64,000 nt of DNA from Escherichia coli (GTDB taxonomy: Bacteria; Pseudomonadota; Gammaproteobacteria; Enterobacterales; Enterobacteriaceae): NCBI RefSeq assembly GCF_048403405.1, contig NZ_CP183129.1, one strand, 5' to 3'. A program made the position numbers and the translations under genes. How positions within the stretch are numbered: the stretch's first letter is position 1; the number at the start of each line of letters is the position of its first letter. The notes beneath the pieces were generated by a model. The model had not been told where the DNA came from. It saw nothing but the letters and a program-made list of their open reading frames with translations, and searched no databases. Of this stretch, positions 23,539-34,295 are shown in pieces.

Positions 23539-23610
23539 TCAAGAGCAAATTCTGTCACTTCTCCTAATGAAGTGAACCGCTTAGTAACAGGACAGATTCC
23601 GCATGACTGA
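23524..23610 (+). CDS. uof: Upstream ORF of fur (leader peptide Uof)
   Basis: 28-codon ORF MIRIISRANSVTSPNEVNRLVTGQIPHD ending 8 nt inside fur; this is the known fur translational-coupling leader. Confidence 0.7.
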   Translation: MIRIISRANSVTSPNEVNRLVTGQIPHD

Positions 23611-24049
23611 TAACAATACCGCCCTAAAGAAAGCTGGCCTGAAAGTAACGCTTCCTCGCTTGAAAATCCTGGAAGTTCTTCAGGAGCCGGACAACCATCA
23701 CGTCAGTGCGGAAGATTTATACAAACGTCTGATCGATATGGGTGAAGAAATTGGTCTGGCTACGGTATATCGCGTACTGAACCAGTTTGACGACGCTGGT
23801 ATCGTCACCCGCCACAATTTTGAAGGCGGTAAATCCGTATTTGAACTGACACAGCAACATCACCACGATCACCTGATCTGCCTCGACTGCGGCAAGGTAA
23901 TCGAATTTAGTGATGATTCCATCGAAGCGCGTCAGCGTGAAATTGCCGCAAAACATGGCATTCGCCTGACTAACCACAGTCTCTATCTTTACGGTCACTG
24001 TGCCGAAGGCGATTGCCGCGAAGATGAGCACGCGCACGAAGGCAAATAA
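23603..24049 (+). CDS. fur: Ferric uptake regulator
   Basis: 148 aa, MTDNNTALKKAGLKVTLPRLKILEVLQ... with histidine-rich metal site (HHHDH) and C-terminal Cys motifs. Confidence 0.97.
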   Translation: MTDNNTALKKAGLKVTLPRLKILEVLQEPDNHHVSAEDLYKRLIDMGEEIGLATVYRVLNQFDDAGIVTRHNFEGGKSVFELTQQHHHDHLICLDCGKVIEFSDDSIEARQREIAAKHGIRLTNHSLYLYGHCAEGDCREDEHAHEGK

Positions 24050-24064
24050 GCCAGCCGGAACGAG

Positions 24065-24094
24065 AAAAGCCAACCTGCGGGTTGGCTTTTTTAT
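24065..24094. terminator. Rho-independent terminator after fur (aaaagccaacctgcgggttggcttttttat)
   Basis: Stem gccaacc/ggttggc followed by a T-run; lies between convergent fur and chiQ. Confidence 0.7.
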
Positions 24095-24132
24095 ACACGG
24101 GAAATAAGAAAAGCGAGAGTTACAGCTCTCAC

Positions 24133-24459
24133 TTATTTGTTATTACTGCGAATTTCCTGCCAGACCTTATCACAATCGGCTTTTACCGCCTGGTCATTAC
24201 CGGTTTGCGTTGCGCGCAGACACTGCTGATAATCCAGTACGCGTACACTTTCCTGGTCGGCAAAATGCTGATGTTGTCTCTCTTTCTTCAGCACGTTTAA
24301 CACGCTCTGGCAGGCTTCAATTTTTTCCGGCGAACCTTGCGCGGTGTTAATACAGGCGCTGTATGCCTCTTTCAGACGACTGTCTTCCTGTGGCGCGGTT
24401 GATTGCGCACAAGCTACCAGCCCCGATGCCATTATGGCGATGAGAATCAGTTTTTTCAT
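24133..24459 (-). CDS. chiQ: Lipoprotein ChiQ (YbfN)
   Basis: 108 aa with lipoprotein signal peptide and lipobox (MKKLILIAIMASGLVACAQ), immediately downstream of chiP. Confidence 0.85.
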   Translation of the reverse strand: MKKLILIAIMASGLVACAQSTAPQEDSRLKEAYSACINTAQGSPEKIEACQSVLNVLKKERQHQHFADQESVRVLDYQQCLRATQTGNDQAVKADCDKVWQEIRSNNK

Positions 24460-24508
24460 AGCAAATTCCTCAAACGTGCGGCAGGCACAAAACCTGCCGT
24501 GTCGGACA

Positions 24509-25915
24509 TCAGAAGATGGTGAATGGTGCGATTACCATAAATTTCACGTCACGCTCATCCTGGAAGATGTTGCCGTAACCACCGCCCCAGCTTGGGATGT
24601 CGGAGTGGTTGTCGTATTCGGTGAAGTGCAGTTTGAACATCGTGCCTTTGGCGCGACCGTCCTGAATGGTGTACACCGCATCCAGGCTGTAGGCAGACTC
24701 TTCAATAGTCCGGTTTTTGTCGTAGTACGCATCCGGATTGCTCTGCCAGGTAGCGGGCTTAGCATCCCATGCGTAAACGTAGGAAGCGCCGATGGCGAAG
24801 CCTGGAAGATTCCAGTTTTTCAGGTCATACATCGCACCGAAGAAGACCGCTTTTTCGCCGTTAGCGTTGAAGTCGGAACGGTTATCCCACCAGATATCCA
24901 GGCGGCCGTTGGAGGAAGCGTAGGTTGGAGTCATACGTTGCAGGAAGTATCCCTGCTGACCGTCGGCTTTAACCCAGGTGCCTTCCAGACGCAAATCCAC
25001 TACATCAGCCGCCCGGTAACCAAAGGTCAACGCTTGCAGCCAGGCAGTGCCGTCGTAAAGGTCGTTGACGCTGCGATCGTCAACTTTATCGCGCGTACCG
25101 TAGAACTGGTAGCTGGTGGTTAACGGGCTACCGGCGATATCAAATTTGTAGCTGGCTTTGGCAAAGTATTGATCGATATACCCTTCCGCCTGACCAAATG
25201 CTGCTTCCAGTACAAAGTTATTTTTGAAGTCGTACTTCGCACCGATGGAGTGCAGATAATCAACTTTGGTAGTTTTATCGTTCTGATAAAACTCATCCAT
25301 TTCGAGATGCCACGGTGCTTTGTATTCGTTGGTCCACATGTAGGAGAAACTCAACGCACCAGCATCGCCGTAATCAAAATTCGCCCCGGCTTCCGCCCCC
25401 TGATAAGTACCCGGCATAAAGCTCCAGTGCGGCGCTAACAGCGTTTGACCAGTTGGCTGAATGTAACCTGCCCTCGCCCAAACCGGACCGTATTTAAATT
25501 TGGCCGCTGCTTTATACAGGCTTATACCGCTTTTGTCGCCGGACCAGTCTTCGTCATAGGCTTTATTACTTTTTGAAAACGCGATTTCGTTCGGGTGAGA
25601 GCTGTCACCGTTTTCCGCCATTTCAATCGCCGTAAACGCAGCAATATCAAGGCCGAACATATCAGCAGCATAACCAGACTGAAAATCGAGGTTGGCGTTC
25701 CAGGTGGAGTGAGAAAGGTTGGTTTTGTATTTGTCGCCGTCGGTAACATCTTTACGGTCGCGTTCACGCTGCCAGTAATAGATACCGCCGGTTAAGGTTG
25801 AATCGTCGATGAATCCTTCGGCGCGAGCCTCCGGCATTGCCATAAAGCCCGACATTGCTGTAACACCGGCGATAGCCAGCGCCAGCGTACTACGTTTGCC
25901 ACTAAACGTACGCAT
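24509..25915 (-). CDS. chiP: Chitooligosaccharide outer-membrane porin ChiP (YbfM), OprD family
   Basis: 468 aa with signal peptide ([32 protein letters not shown]) and C-terminal aromatic residue (…FTIF), typical of a beta-barrel porin. Confidence 0.9.
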   Translation of the reverse strand: MRTFSGKRSTLALAIAGVTAMSGFMAMPEARAEGFIDDSTLTGGIYYWQRERDRKDVTDGDKYKTNLSHSTWNANLDFQSGYAADMFGLDIAAFTAIEMAENGDSSHPNEIAFSKSNKAYDEDWSGDKSGISLYKAAAKFKYGPVWARAGYIQPTGQTLLAPHWSFMPGTYQGAEAGANFDYGDAGALSFSYMWTNEYKAPWHLEMDEFYQNDKTTKVDYLHSIGAKYDFKNNFVLEAAFGQAEGYIDQYFAKASYKFDIAGSPLTTSYQFYGTRDKVDDRSVNDLYDGTAWLQALTFGYRAADVVDLRLEGTWVKADGQQGYFLQRMTPTYASSNGRLDIWWDNRSDFNANGEKAVFFGAMYDLKNWNLPGFAIGASYVYAWDAKPATWQSNPDAYYDKNRTIEESAYSLDAVYTIQDGRAKGTMFKLHFTEYDNHSDIPSWGGGYGNIFQDERDVKFMVIAPFTIF

Positions 25916-26269
25916 GGGTTAATCCTCTTTGACGTATAAATTGCTGCACCAAAGGTGAACAGCGAAAAAAATAAAAATTAAAAAAGTAGCGTTGAGAAAA
26001 GTCTCGCTGACTACAGGAACAGACTATTTTTCGCGACGCGAATTATCAATCTCTTTCTGTAACCAGAATGTAAGAACATGAGCAACCGCACATATTTTGA
26101 TGATTTTTGTTACAAGGCTTAAGTTGTAGTTGAAAGGTGTGTTGAAGAAAAAATGCGTGAATTTCCAGCAAGATGAAAGCGGTTACATTTTATTTAATTA
26201 TGATTTGTAATTTTAAATTTGCTTTATGAATAAATTACGAAGCAGAATTAATTCGCGAAGAAAAGCAGA

Positions 26270-26294
26270 AAAAAACGCCGCGGAGCGCGGCGTT
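26270..26294 (-). terminator. Rho-independent terminator downstream of glnS
   Basis: On the minus strand: hairpin cgccgcgctccgcggcg followed by a T-run. Confidence 0.6.
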
Positions 26295-26362
26295 TGGGAT
26301 TGTTTGCATATTTCTTGCCGGATGCGGCGTAAACGCCTCACCCGGCCTGGTAGAACTTAAAA

Positions 26363-28027
26363 TTACTCGCCTACTTTCGCCCAGGTATCACGCAGCCCAA
26401 CGGTGCGATTAAATACCGGTTTTTCCGCCGTAGAATGGCGGCTGTCGAGGCAGAAATAACCTTCACGCTCAAACTGGAATGCTTTACCCGCTACCGCGTC
26501 TTTCAGAGACGGTTCAGCAAAGCCCTGTTTGATCACCAGCGATTCCGGGTTAATCACCGACAGGAAATCATCCGCAGCACCTGGGTTCGGCACGCTGAAC
26601 AGACGATCGTACAGGCGGATTTCAACCGGCAGCGCATGTGCCGAGCTCACCCAGTGAATAACGCCTTTCACTTTACGACCATCTGCCGGATCTTTGCTTA
26701 AGGTGTCGGCGTCATAAGTACAGAAGATGGTGGTGATATTGCCTTCGGCATCTTTCTCCACGCGTTCTGCCTTAATGACGTAAGCATTACGCAGACGCAC
26801 TTCTTTACCCAGCACCAGACGCTTGTACTGCTTGTTAGCTTCTTCGCGGAAATCGGCGCGGTCGATCCAAATCTCACCGCTAAACGGCACCTGACGGCTC
26901 CCCATTTCCGGTTTGTTCGGATGGTTCGGCATGGTAACCATTTCGCCTTCGCCCTGGTAGTTTTCGATAACCAGTTTCACCGGATCGATAACCGCCATTG
27001 CGCGCGGGGCGTTTTCGTTGAGATCTTCACGGATGCAGGATTCCAGCGACGCCATTTCAATGGTGTTGTCCTGCTTGGTCACGCCGATGCGTTTGCAGAA
27101 CTCACGAATAGAAGCCGCAGTGTAACCACGACGACGCAGACCGGAAATGGTCGGCATACGCGGGTCATCCCAGCCTTCAACGTGCTTGTCGGTCACCAGC
27201 AGGTTCAGCTTACGCTTGGACATCACAGTGTATTCCAGATTCAGGCGCGAGAATTCGTACTGGCGCGGGTGAACAGGAATGGTGATGTTGTCCAACACCC
27301 AGTCGTACAGGCGACGGTTGTCCTGGAACTCAAGCGTACACAGAGAGTGCGTAATACCTTCCAGCGCATCGCTGATGCAATGGGTGAAGTCGTACATCGG
27401 GTAGATGCACCACTTGTTGCCAGTCTGGTGGTGTTCAGCAAATTTAATGCGGTACAGCACCGGATCGCGCATTACGATAAATGGCGACGCCATGTCGATT
27501 TTCGCACGCAGGCAGGCTTTACCTTCTTCAAAACCGCCGGCACGCATTTTTTCGAACAGCGCCAGGTTCTCTTCAACGCTGCGGTCGCGGTACGGGCTGT
27601 TTTTACCCGGCTGCGTCAGGGTGCCACGGTATTCGCGGATCTGTTCCGGCGTCAATTCATCAACGTACGCCAGGCCTTTATTGATCAGTTCGATCGCATA
27701 GGCGTGGAGCTGATCAAAATAATCGGAGGAGTAACGGACGTTACCAGACCAGTGAAAACCTAACCACTCAACGTCGTTTTTGATCGACTCGACATACTCG
27801 ATATCTTCTTTTACCGGGTTAGTGTCGTCGAAACGCAGGTTGCACTGGCCTTTATAGTCCTGGGCGATCCCGAAGTTCAGGCAGATAGATTTCGCATGGC
27901 CAATATGCAGATAGCCATTCGGCTCCGGCGGGAAACGGGTGTGTACTGTGGTGTGCTTACCACTGGCCAGATCTTCATCGATGATCTGACGGATAAAGTT
28001 AGTCGGGCGGGCTTCTGCCTCACTCAT
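26363..28027 (-). CDS. glnS: Glutaminyl-tRNA synthetase
   Basis: 554 aa; class I motifs HIGH (LHIGHAKS) and KMSKS-type (VMSKRKL). Confidence 0.97.
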   Translation of the reverse strand: MSEAEARPTNFIRQIIDEDLASGKHTTVHTRFPPEPNGYLHIGHAKSICLNFGIAQDYKGQCNLRFDDTNPVKEDIEYVESIKNDVEWLGFHWSGNVRYSSDYFDQLHAYAIELINKGLAYVDELTPEQIREYRGTLTQPGKNSPYRDRSVEENLALFEKMRAGGFEEGKACLRAKIDMASPFIVMRDPVLYRIKFAEHHQTGNKWCIYPMYDFTHCISDALEGITHSLCTLEFQDNRRLYDWVLDNITIPVHPRQYEFSRLNLEYTVMSKRKLNLLVTDKHVEGWDDPRMPTISGLRRRGYTAASIREFCKRIGVTKQDNTIEMASLESCIREDLNENAPRAMAVIDPVKLVIENYQGEGEMVTMPNHPNKPEMGSRQVPFSGEIWIDRADFREEANKQYKRLVLGKEVRLRNAYVIKAERVEKDAEGNITTIFCTYDADTLSKDPADGRKVKGVIHWVSSAHALPVEIRLYDRLFSVPNPGAADDFLSVINPESLVIKQGFAEPSLKDAVAGKAFQFEREGYFCLDSRHSTAEKPVFNRTVGLRDTWAKVGE

Positions 28028-28246
28028 CGTGGATTCCTCAAAGCGTAAACAACGTATAACGGCGTATGATCTTATAAGCGGGACAGGCTGACAACTGTTA
28101 GTTAGTGAAAAAGTGGTTTTGCGTAAGATATTGGGGCGTTTTCTGCGCTACAGCCAGCAGATCCTCGCGCTGGAGACGTAAGGCCAAACGTCGCCAGCCT
28201 GACGCGTCTATTAAATTTCCGGATGAGCTGGCCGCAGAGTCGTAGA

Positions 28247-29008
28247 TTAATCGGCTATGATTAAACGCGTCGATAAGGACGCAAGCGTTCTACGCGTCTG
28301 CCCATCAAGCTGATTATCCGTAATAATCTCTGTCAGTTCATTAAGATGCGCGATATTAAACAGCGACCATGAACCGTATTTTGAGCTGTCAGCCAGGAGA
28401 ATTTTGCGCGAAGCATGCGCGATAAGATCGCGTTTTAGTGCGGCTTTCTCTTCCGTGGGTGCTGTAATACCCTTTTCAAGATCCCAGCTGTTACAGCTTA
28501 AAAATGCCACGTCCGGCCAGGTATTTTGCAGCAATTTACGACCATGTTCGCCAATGCAGGACTGGCTGGAGTCGTCGATACGTCCACCGATAATCGTCAC
28601 TTCAATCTGCTTGAATTCAGCCAAAAAAAGCGCGATATGCAGGTCGCTGGTGATCACGCGAAGCGGTAAATGTGTAATCTGCCGCGCAAGTTCAATCATT
28701 GTCGTACCGGCATCAAGGACGACGGAATCCCCCGCTTTGACCATTGACGCCGCTGCGCTGGCGATGGCATGTTTTTCCGCCAGGCTGCGCTGCATTTTCT
28801 CATGGGTAGTCGGTTGGGTAGGAATAAACCGGTTGAGGGTCACACCGCCGTGTGTACGGCTGATAACACCCTGCTCATCGAGTTTTATCAGGTCTCGACG
28901 AATCGTGGCCGGCGACGCATTGGTTACCGCCACCAGCTCATCAACGGTGACCAGATTATGGCTTTTCAGGTAATCCATGATCTGCTCTAACCGGTTATAT
29001 CCCTTCAT
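28247..29008 (-). CDS. DeoR-family transcriptional regulator (island gene)
   Basis: 253 aa with N-terminal HTH ([37 protein letters not shown]) and a DeoR-type C-terminal sugar-phosphate sensor domain. Its start codon lies 1 nt from the stop of the upstream PdxA-family gene. Confidence 0.8.
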   Translation of the reverse strand: MKGYNRLEQIMDYLKSHNLVTVDELVAVTNASPATIRRDLIKLDEQGVISRTHGGVTLNRFIPTQPTTHEKMQRSLAEKHAIASAAASMVKAGDSVVLDAGTTMIELARQITHLPLRVITSDLHIALFLAEFKQIEVTIIGGRIDDSSQSCIGEHGRKLLQNTWPDVAFLSCNSWDLEKGITAPTEEKAALKRDLIAHASRKILLADSSKYGSWSLFNIAHLNELTEIITDNQLDGQTRRTLASLSTRLIIAD

Positions 29009-29009
29009 T

Positions 29010-29996
29010 TTATTCTCGCGAAATCTGCATTGCTAACTGGATGGAAACTGCCATGCTCTCAGACTTGGCTTTTCCTGTCCAGGCAATATCAAACGCGGTG
29101 CCGTGGTCGGCAGAAGTGCGAATAAATGGCAACCCGGCGGTGATATTCACCCCATCATAAAATCCAAGCAGTTTTAAAGGGATATGCCCCTGATCGTGGT
29201 ACATAGCCACTACCATATCGAATAGCCCTTCATGGCATTGCATAAACACGGTATCTGGCGGGCACGGGCCAGTAACATCAATATCTTCGGCCTGCATTGC
29301 TTCAATCGCAGGCGCGATAATCTCGATTTCTTCAGTGCCGAATAAACCGTGTTCCCCTGCATGTGGATTTACACCCGCCACGGCAATACGCGGACGCTCA
29401 ATACCAACACGTTTCAGGAAGTGGTTCGCAACTCGAATAACCGTTTTGACCCTTTCACCATTCAAAGTATCCAGGAATTTACGCAGTGAGATATGCGTCG
29501 AAATATGGATAACCTTGAGCTTATCGGTATAGAGCACCATCGCGTACTCTTTGCTGCCGGTAAGATGGGCCAGCAATTCCGTATGCCCCGGATAGTTATG
29601 CCCGCCAAGATGCAACGCTTCTTTATTCAGCGGCGCAGTGGCTATGGCTTTCACCTCGCCTGATAAGGCCAGGGCCGTTGCACGTTTGATACAGCGATAC
29701 GCTAAATCGCCTGCCGCAGCCTGTACCACTCCGGGTGTCAGCGCATCGGGGTTAGCCAGCGGCTCATCCATCACGTTAATCACGCCGGGAGCAAAATGGG
29801 CGTCGCACACCTTTTCAATGACGCGTAACTCTGCCTTCGGCGTGATATTCATCGCCATAATACGTCTCAGCGTGCGCACACAGCCCACCACCACCACCGG
29901 GGCACCAGCAAGCCCGGCTTCGCTCAGGGATTTAATAATGATCTCCGGGCCAATACCCGCCGGGTCGCCCATCGTTACCGCAATAATATTATTCAC
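29010..29996 (-). CDS. PdxA-family NAD-dependent dehydrogenase (PdxA2-like)
   Basis: 328 aa; N-terminus [22 protein letters not shown] matches the PdxA GxPxGIGPE signature, and [11 protein letters not shown] matches the conserved metal-binding His region. Confidence 0.8.
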   Translation of the reverse strand: MNNIIAVTMGDPAGIGPEIIIKSLSEAGLAGAPVVVVGCVRTLRRIMAMNITPKAELRVIEKVCDAHFAPGVINVMDEPLANPDALTPGVVQAAAGDLAYRCIKRATALALSGEVKAIATAPLNKEALHLGGHNYPGHTELLAHLTGSKEYAMVLYTDKLKVIHISTHISLRKFLDTLNGERVKTVIRVANHFLKRVGIERPRIAVAGVNPHAGEHGLFGTEEIEIIAPAIEAMQAEDIDVTGPCPPDTVFMQCHEGLFDMVVAMYHDQGHIPLKLLGFYDGVNITAGLPFIRTSADHGTAFDIAWTGKAKSESMAVSIQLAMQISRE

Positions 29997-31227
29997 TACG
30001 CTTCTCCTCGATAAAATTCAGAACCTGATGCAACGTGGTCTCATCGCCAAACCCACCGGCTTTCGTCATCACCGAACGGGACCAGACGCCGCCCAGAAAG
30101 TGACCGTATGGAACGCATTGCGCCACCTTCGCCGTAATACGAAATCCGGTCGCGCCTAACGCACTGGCTGTTGCCATTGCGACATCACCACCAGAGAGAT
30201 AAAGCGCATCGGGCATTGCGCGAAGCAGAACTTGCCGGGTAAGTTCGCCAAGAAACCGGCAAATTTTTTCCCCAAGCGCAGCGCGACTCATCTGCCAACG
30301 CTGGCAAAGGGTGTCGATCTGGTGCCTTGCTACAGAATCGTTACAGGTGTGGACAATGCAGTGGTCGCCTTTCTGCAAGGCCTGCACAATACGCGCGTCA
30401 TAGTCACTGGCATTGCCTGCCAGAATGTGTTCAACATCGACGTATATCTGTGTGATACGTGGGTGTGAATGAAGTGTGGCGATCTGCCGTTGAGCGATTT
30501 CGCTCATTGAACCAATAATGGCCAGCACGGTGGGTGGCGGCATAATCGTGGAGCGCCGGGCAACGGCATCACAAATACCAGCGGAGCCGACCAGCAGCAG
30601 CGGTTGTTTAGCCTGCATCACAGCGGCAGCGATGCGATCCAGGTCGCTGTCCGTCTGCGCATCTATCACGCCAATCCACGGTTGCTCATAAGACAAATGG
30701 CTGAGCTGAGAAACCGTAACGGGCTGGCATGGAATGGCCGTCTGCAACCGGATGATGTCCGCAATTCGGGCGCTCAATACCGGGGTTTTCGGATCGCTGG
30801 CAAACTCGGTTTCCGTTATCCGCACACCGTTTACCCAACACTCACCGGCCACTGTGGTCCTTCCCGCCTGAGGAAATGCGGGGGCAACCACTGCGCCCGT
30901 TATACCGCATGCCTTCATCAGGGCTTCAATTTCTGCGCCAATATTGCCTCGCAGCGTGGAATCTATCTTTTTAATCACGAGCGGAGGGTTATTCGCCAGA
31001 GGGAGATGACTCATCAGCGAGGTTATTTTCATCGCCGCCAGCTTAGGATCCATCGCCCGGCTGTCGCTGTTAATCACCCATACGCTGGCATCACCGCGAT
31101 AAGGCATTTCAAAGGCCACATCAACTGTATGCCCCACCTGCGCCAGGCTTACCCCCGCGTCATTGGCTCCCGTGAAATCATCGGCAACGACGAGAATGCT
31201 CGGCTTAGTGATTCCCTTTTCCATCAT
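29989..31227 (-). CDS. DUF1537-family four-carbon acid-sugar kinase
   Basis: N-terminal signature VVADDFTGANDAG characteristic of OtnK/DtnK-type kinases; 8-nt overlap with the downstream PdxA-family gene. Start chosen at the ATG preceded by GGAG (MMEKGITKPS...); the track ORF starts 13 codons upstream. Confidence 0.75.
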   Translation of the reverse strand: MMEKGITKPSILVVADDFTGANDAGVSLAQVGHTVDVAFEMPYRGDASVWVINSDSRAMDPKLAAMKITSLMSHLPLANNPPLVIKKIDSTLRGNIGAEIEALMKACGITGAVVAPAFPQAGRTTVAGECWVNGVRITETEFASDPKTPVLSARIADIIRLQTAIPCQPVTVSQLSHLSYEQPWIGVIDAQTDSDLDRIAAAVMQAKQPLLLVGSAGICDAVARRSTIMPPPTVLAIIGSMSEIAQRQIATLHSHPRITQIYVDVEHILAGNASDYDARIVQALQKGDHCIVHTCNDSVARHQIDTLCQRWQMSRAALGEKICRFLGELTRQVLLRAMPDALYLSGGDVAMATASALGATGFRITAKVAQCVPYGHFLGGVWSRSVMTKAGGFGDETTLHQVLNFIEEKRSE

Positions 31228-31264
31228 CACTCCAGGTTGTTTTATGATAACAATGATTATATTC

Positions 31265-31278
31265 AATCACGATTGATT
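31265..31278. promoter_or_regulatory. Operator-like inverted repeat AATCA-cgat-TGATT in the island divergent promoter
   Basis: Read directly; shares the TGATT/AATCA half-site with the second palindrome at 31360..31375. Confidence 0.4.
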
Positions 31279-31359
31279 AAATGTGAGCAAGCTCAAGTTA
31301 TTAATCACTCGAATAAATTATAAAATTAGACCATGTTACGTAGGCTACGGCATTTTGAA

Positions 31360-31375
31360 TGATTGAATTCAATCA
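31360..31375. promoter_or_regulatory. Perfect 16-bp palindrome TGATTGAATTCAATCA in the island divergent promoter
   Basis: Read directly; lies about 20 bp upstream of the Fe-ADH GTG start, consistent with a repressor operator. Confidence 0.45.
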
Positions 31376-31393
31376 CCAGAAGAGAGGTTATTT

Positions 31394-32551
31394 GTGGTAA
31401 TTATCAATAGCACGATACTGAGCGGCGCAGGCGCTATCCCTTCCCTGACGTCGCTCTTACCCGACATCAGAAAAATGCTGCTGGTCACTGACCGTAATAT
31501 TGCGCAGCTCGACGGTGTGCAGCAGATTCGCGCCTTACTGGAAAAGCACTGCCCGCAGGTTAACGTTATCGATAATGTGCCCGCAGAGCCCACGCATCAT
31601 GATGTGCGCCAGCTAATGGACGCCCCTGGCGATGCCTCTTTTGATGTGGTGGTCGGGATCGGCGGTGGCAGCGTGTTGGATGTGGCGAAGCTGCTATCGG
31701 TGCTTTGCCATCCACAATCACCAGGGCTGGATGCGCTGCTTGCGGGTGAAAAACCGACTCAGAGGGTGCAATCATGGTTGATTCCTACAACCGCCGGAAC
31801 CGGCTCAGAAGCCACGCCGAATGCGATTCTGGCAATCCCTGAGCAAAGCACGAAGGTGGGTATTATTTCCCCGGTGCTGTTACCAGACTATGTGGCGCTT
31901 TTCCCGGAACTGACCACCAGCATGCCCGCGCATATTGCGGCGTCCACGGGCATTGATGCTCTTTGCCACTTACTGGAGTGTTTTACCGCGACCGTGGCAA
32001 ATCCGGTCAGCGATAACGCGGCGCTGACTGGGTTAAGTAAGCTTTTCCGGCACATTCAACCCGCCGTGAACGATCCTCAGGATCTGCGCGCAAAACTGGA
32101 AATGCTGTGGGCGTCTTACTATGGCGGCGTAGCGATAACCCATGCGGGCACGCATCTCGTTCATGCGCTCTCCTACCCGTTAGGTGGCAAATATCATCTG
32201 CCGCATGGCGTCGCGAATGCCATCTTGCTGGCGCCGTGCATGGCGTTTGTTCGCCCCTGGGCGGTCGAGAAATTTGCCCGGGTCTGGGATTGCATTCCCG
32301 ATGCGGAAACCGCCCTGAGCGCGGAAGAAAAATCTCATGCCCTGGTGGCCTGGCTACAGGCATTAGTCAATCAACTCAAGCTACCCAACAATCTCGCGGA
32401 TCTCGGCGTACCGCCAGAGGATATTGCCTCTCTTAGCGAGGCGGCACTGAACGTGAAGCGCCTTATGAACAATGCGCCGTGCCAGCTTGATCTACAGGAC
32501 GTACAGGCCATTTACCAAACACTGTTTCCGCAACATCAATTTAAGGAATAA
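31394..32551 (+). CDS. Iron-containing (group III) alcohol dehydrogenase family oxidoreductase
   Basis: 385 aa; NAD-binding GGGSxxD motif (VGIGGGSVLDVAKLL) and conserved His cluster (HALSYPLGGKYHLPHGVANA). GTG start preceded by GAGAGG. Confidence 0.8.
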   Translation: MVIINSTILSGAGAIPSLTSLLPDIRKMLLVTDRNIAQLDGVQQIRALLEKHCPQVNVIDNVPAEPTHHDVRQLMDAPGDASFDVVVGIGGGSVLDVAKLLSVLCHPQSPGLDALLAGEKPTQRVQSWLIPTTAGTGSEATPNAILAIPEQSTKVGIISPVLLPDYVALFPELTTSMPAHIAASTGIDALCHLLECFTATVANPVSDNAALTGLSKLFRHIQPAVNDPQDLRAKLEMLWASYYGGVAITHAGTHLVHALSYPLGGKYHLPHGVANAILLAPCMAFVRPWAVEKFARVWDCIPDAETALSAEEKSHALVAWLQALVNQLKLPNNLADLGVPPEDIASLSEAALNVKRLMNNAPCQLDLQDVQAIYQTLFPQHQFKE

Positions 32552-32554
32552 ATC

Positions 32555-33442
32555 ATGCCGAAAACCATTGAAGGTGTATTAACCGCCATCGTCACCCCGT
32601 TTACCGCGACCGGCAGTCTGAATATCCCGGCGTTAAAAGTGCAGGTGAATCGTCAACTGGAAGCGGGTAACGCGATTTTTTGCGGCGGCACCAACGGCGA
32701 GTTTTTTGTGTTGAATGAACAGGAGAAGCTCAGCGTTACGCAAACCTGCGTGGATGAAGTGGCTGGTCGTGCGCCGGTCGTGGCACACATTGGCGAGATC
32801 TCGACGCGCGAAACGATTCGTCTGGGTCAGCAGATTGAAAAACTTGGCGTAGATGCTGTGTCGGTCATTACCCCTTACTTCGTACCGCTGAAACAGGAAG
32901 AGTTGATTGCGCATTACAGCGCAATTGCCGACGCGCTGAGCATTCCGATGTTTCTCTATAACATCCCGGCCCGCACTGGCAATACGATCCAGCCGGAAAC
33001 CGCGCGTGCTCTGGCGTCGCATCCCAATATCATTGGGATTAAAGACAGCGCCGGAAGCGACGAAAGCCTGAAGGGTTTTCTCGATGCTGTGCGCAACATT
33101 GACGGCTTTAATGTACTCAACGGCCCGGATTCGCTGATCCATAAAGGGTTTGTCGAGGGGTGTTCAGCCTGTATCTCTGGGCTCGCCAACGTCGCACCGC
33201 GGGAAATCAATGCTATCTGGTCTCGCGTCCATGCCGGTGATATTGAAGGGTCTTATGAAGCACAGGAGAGTGTAACGGGCCTGCGTACCGACCTTTATAA
33301 AGTAGCGTTCTCCCCGGCTGCGGTGAAAAAAGCGTTGCAGCTTATGGGGCATGATGTTGGTGATAGCCGCTACGCGGTTAATTTCACGCCTGAACAGATC
33401 AGCGAGATTCAACAAATTATTCGTCATTATAACATTAATTAA
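32555..33442 (+). CDS. DHDPS/N-acetylneuraminate-lyase-family class I aldolase or dehydratase
   Basis: 295 aa; GTNGEF motif (CGGTNGEFFVLNEQEK), the Tyr-containing ITPYF segment and the Schiff-base lysine context IGIKDSAG, typical of DapA/NanA-family enzymes. Confidence 0.8.
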   Translation: MPKTIEGVLTAIVTPFTATGSLNIPALKVQVNRQLEAGNAIFCGGTNGEFFVLNEQEKLSVTQTCVDEVAGRAPVVAHIGEISTRETIRLGQQIEKLGVDAVSVITPYFVPLKQEELIAHYSAIADALSIPMFLYNIPARTGNTIQPETARALASHPNIIGIKDSAGSDESLKGFLDAVRNIDGFNVLNGPDSLIHKGFVEGCSACISGLANVAPREINAIWSRVHAGDIEGSYEAQESVTGLRTDLYKVAFSPAAVKKALQLMGHDVGDSRYAVNFTPEQISEIQQIIRHYNIN

Positions 33443-33501
33443 ATTAACTCTATTATCCAGCCCGCGATAAAGTTTAGATAAAGAGAATAAAGGATTACTC
33501 C

Positions 33502-34260
33502 ATGTTTTTGTGGTTTATGCAGCCAGATATCTGGCTCACTTTAATTACCCTCACCTTTCTGGAAATTATTCTTGGGGTGGATAATATTATTTTTCTTTCA
33601 CTGGTGGTGGCAAAACTTCCGTTATCACAACAAAATATGGCGCGTAAACTGGGTTTAAGCTGCGCGATGATTATGCGGATATTATTGCTGATATCCATTG
33701 CGTGGCTTTCACATATTACCCAGCCGCTTTTTACCGTGCTGACGCTGGAGATTTCGTTCCGCACGTTGATTCTGCTCGGGGGCGGGCTGTTCCTGATTTA
33801 TAAAGCGATACAGGAGATACGCGAAGAGCTGTCGCCCGCGCAGGAAGACGAACATGGCAGCGGATCGCGGCAACTGTCGTTGTGCGGTGCCATCGTACAG
33901 ATAATGCTGCTCGATATCGTGTTTAGCCTGGATTCGGTGATCACCGCCGTCGGCCTTTCTCAGCATATATTTATCATGATTGCCGCCGTAATGATTGCCG
34001 TCGGTGTCATGATGTTTGCGGCGAAAACAATTGGTGATTTCGTTAACGCCACGCCGTCAATAAAAATACTGGCGTTAACCTTTTTATTATTTGTCGGTGT
34101 ATTGCTGGTTGCCGATAGTCTCAACATTCATATTGCCAAAGAGTATCTCTACTTCGCGATATTTTTCTCATTAAGTGTTGAGACACTCAATATTATCCGT
34201 GAAAGAAGAAATAAAAAAGTTTCGACATTGATCGAAACGCATGAATCGCACTCGCATTAA
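33502..34260 (+). CDS. TerC-family integral membrane protein
   Basis: 252 aa, multiple TM segments, paired TerC motifs GVDNIIF and LDIVFSLDSV. Confidence 0.7.
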   Translation: MFLWFMQPDIWLTLITLTFLEIILGVDNIIFLSLVVAKLPLSQQNMARKLGLSCAMIMRILLLISIAWLSHITQPLFTVLTLEISFRTLILLGGGLFLIYKAIQEIREELSPAQEDEHGSGSRQLSLCGAIVQIMLLDIVFSLDSVITAVGLSQHIFIMIAAVMIAVGVMMFAAKTIGDFVNATPSIKILALTFLLFVGVLLVADSLNIHIAKEYLYFAIFFSLSVETLNIIRERRNKKVSTLIETHESHSH

Positions 34261-34295
34261 TAAATCTATTACCGACTTTAAGATGGAGTCTAACT

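Noticed and set aside
26921-27763. 280-aa + strand ORF
   Set aside because: Antisense to glnS.
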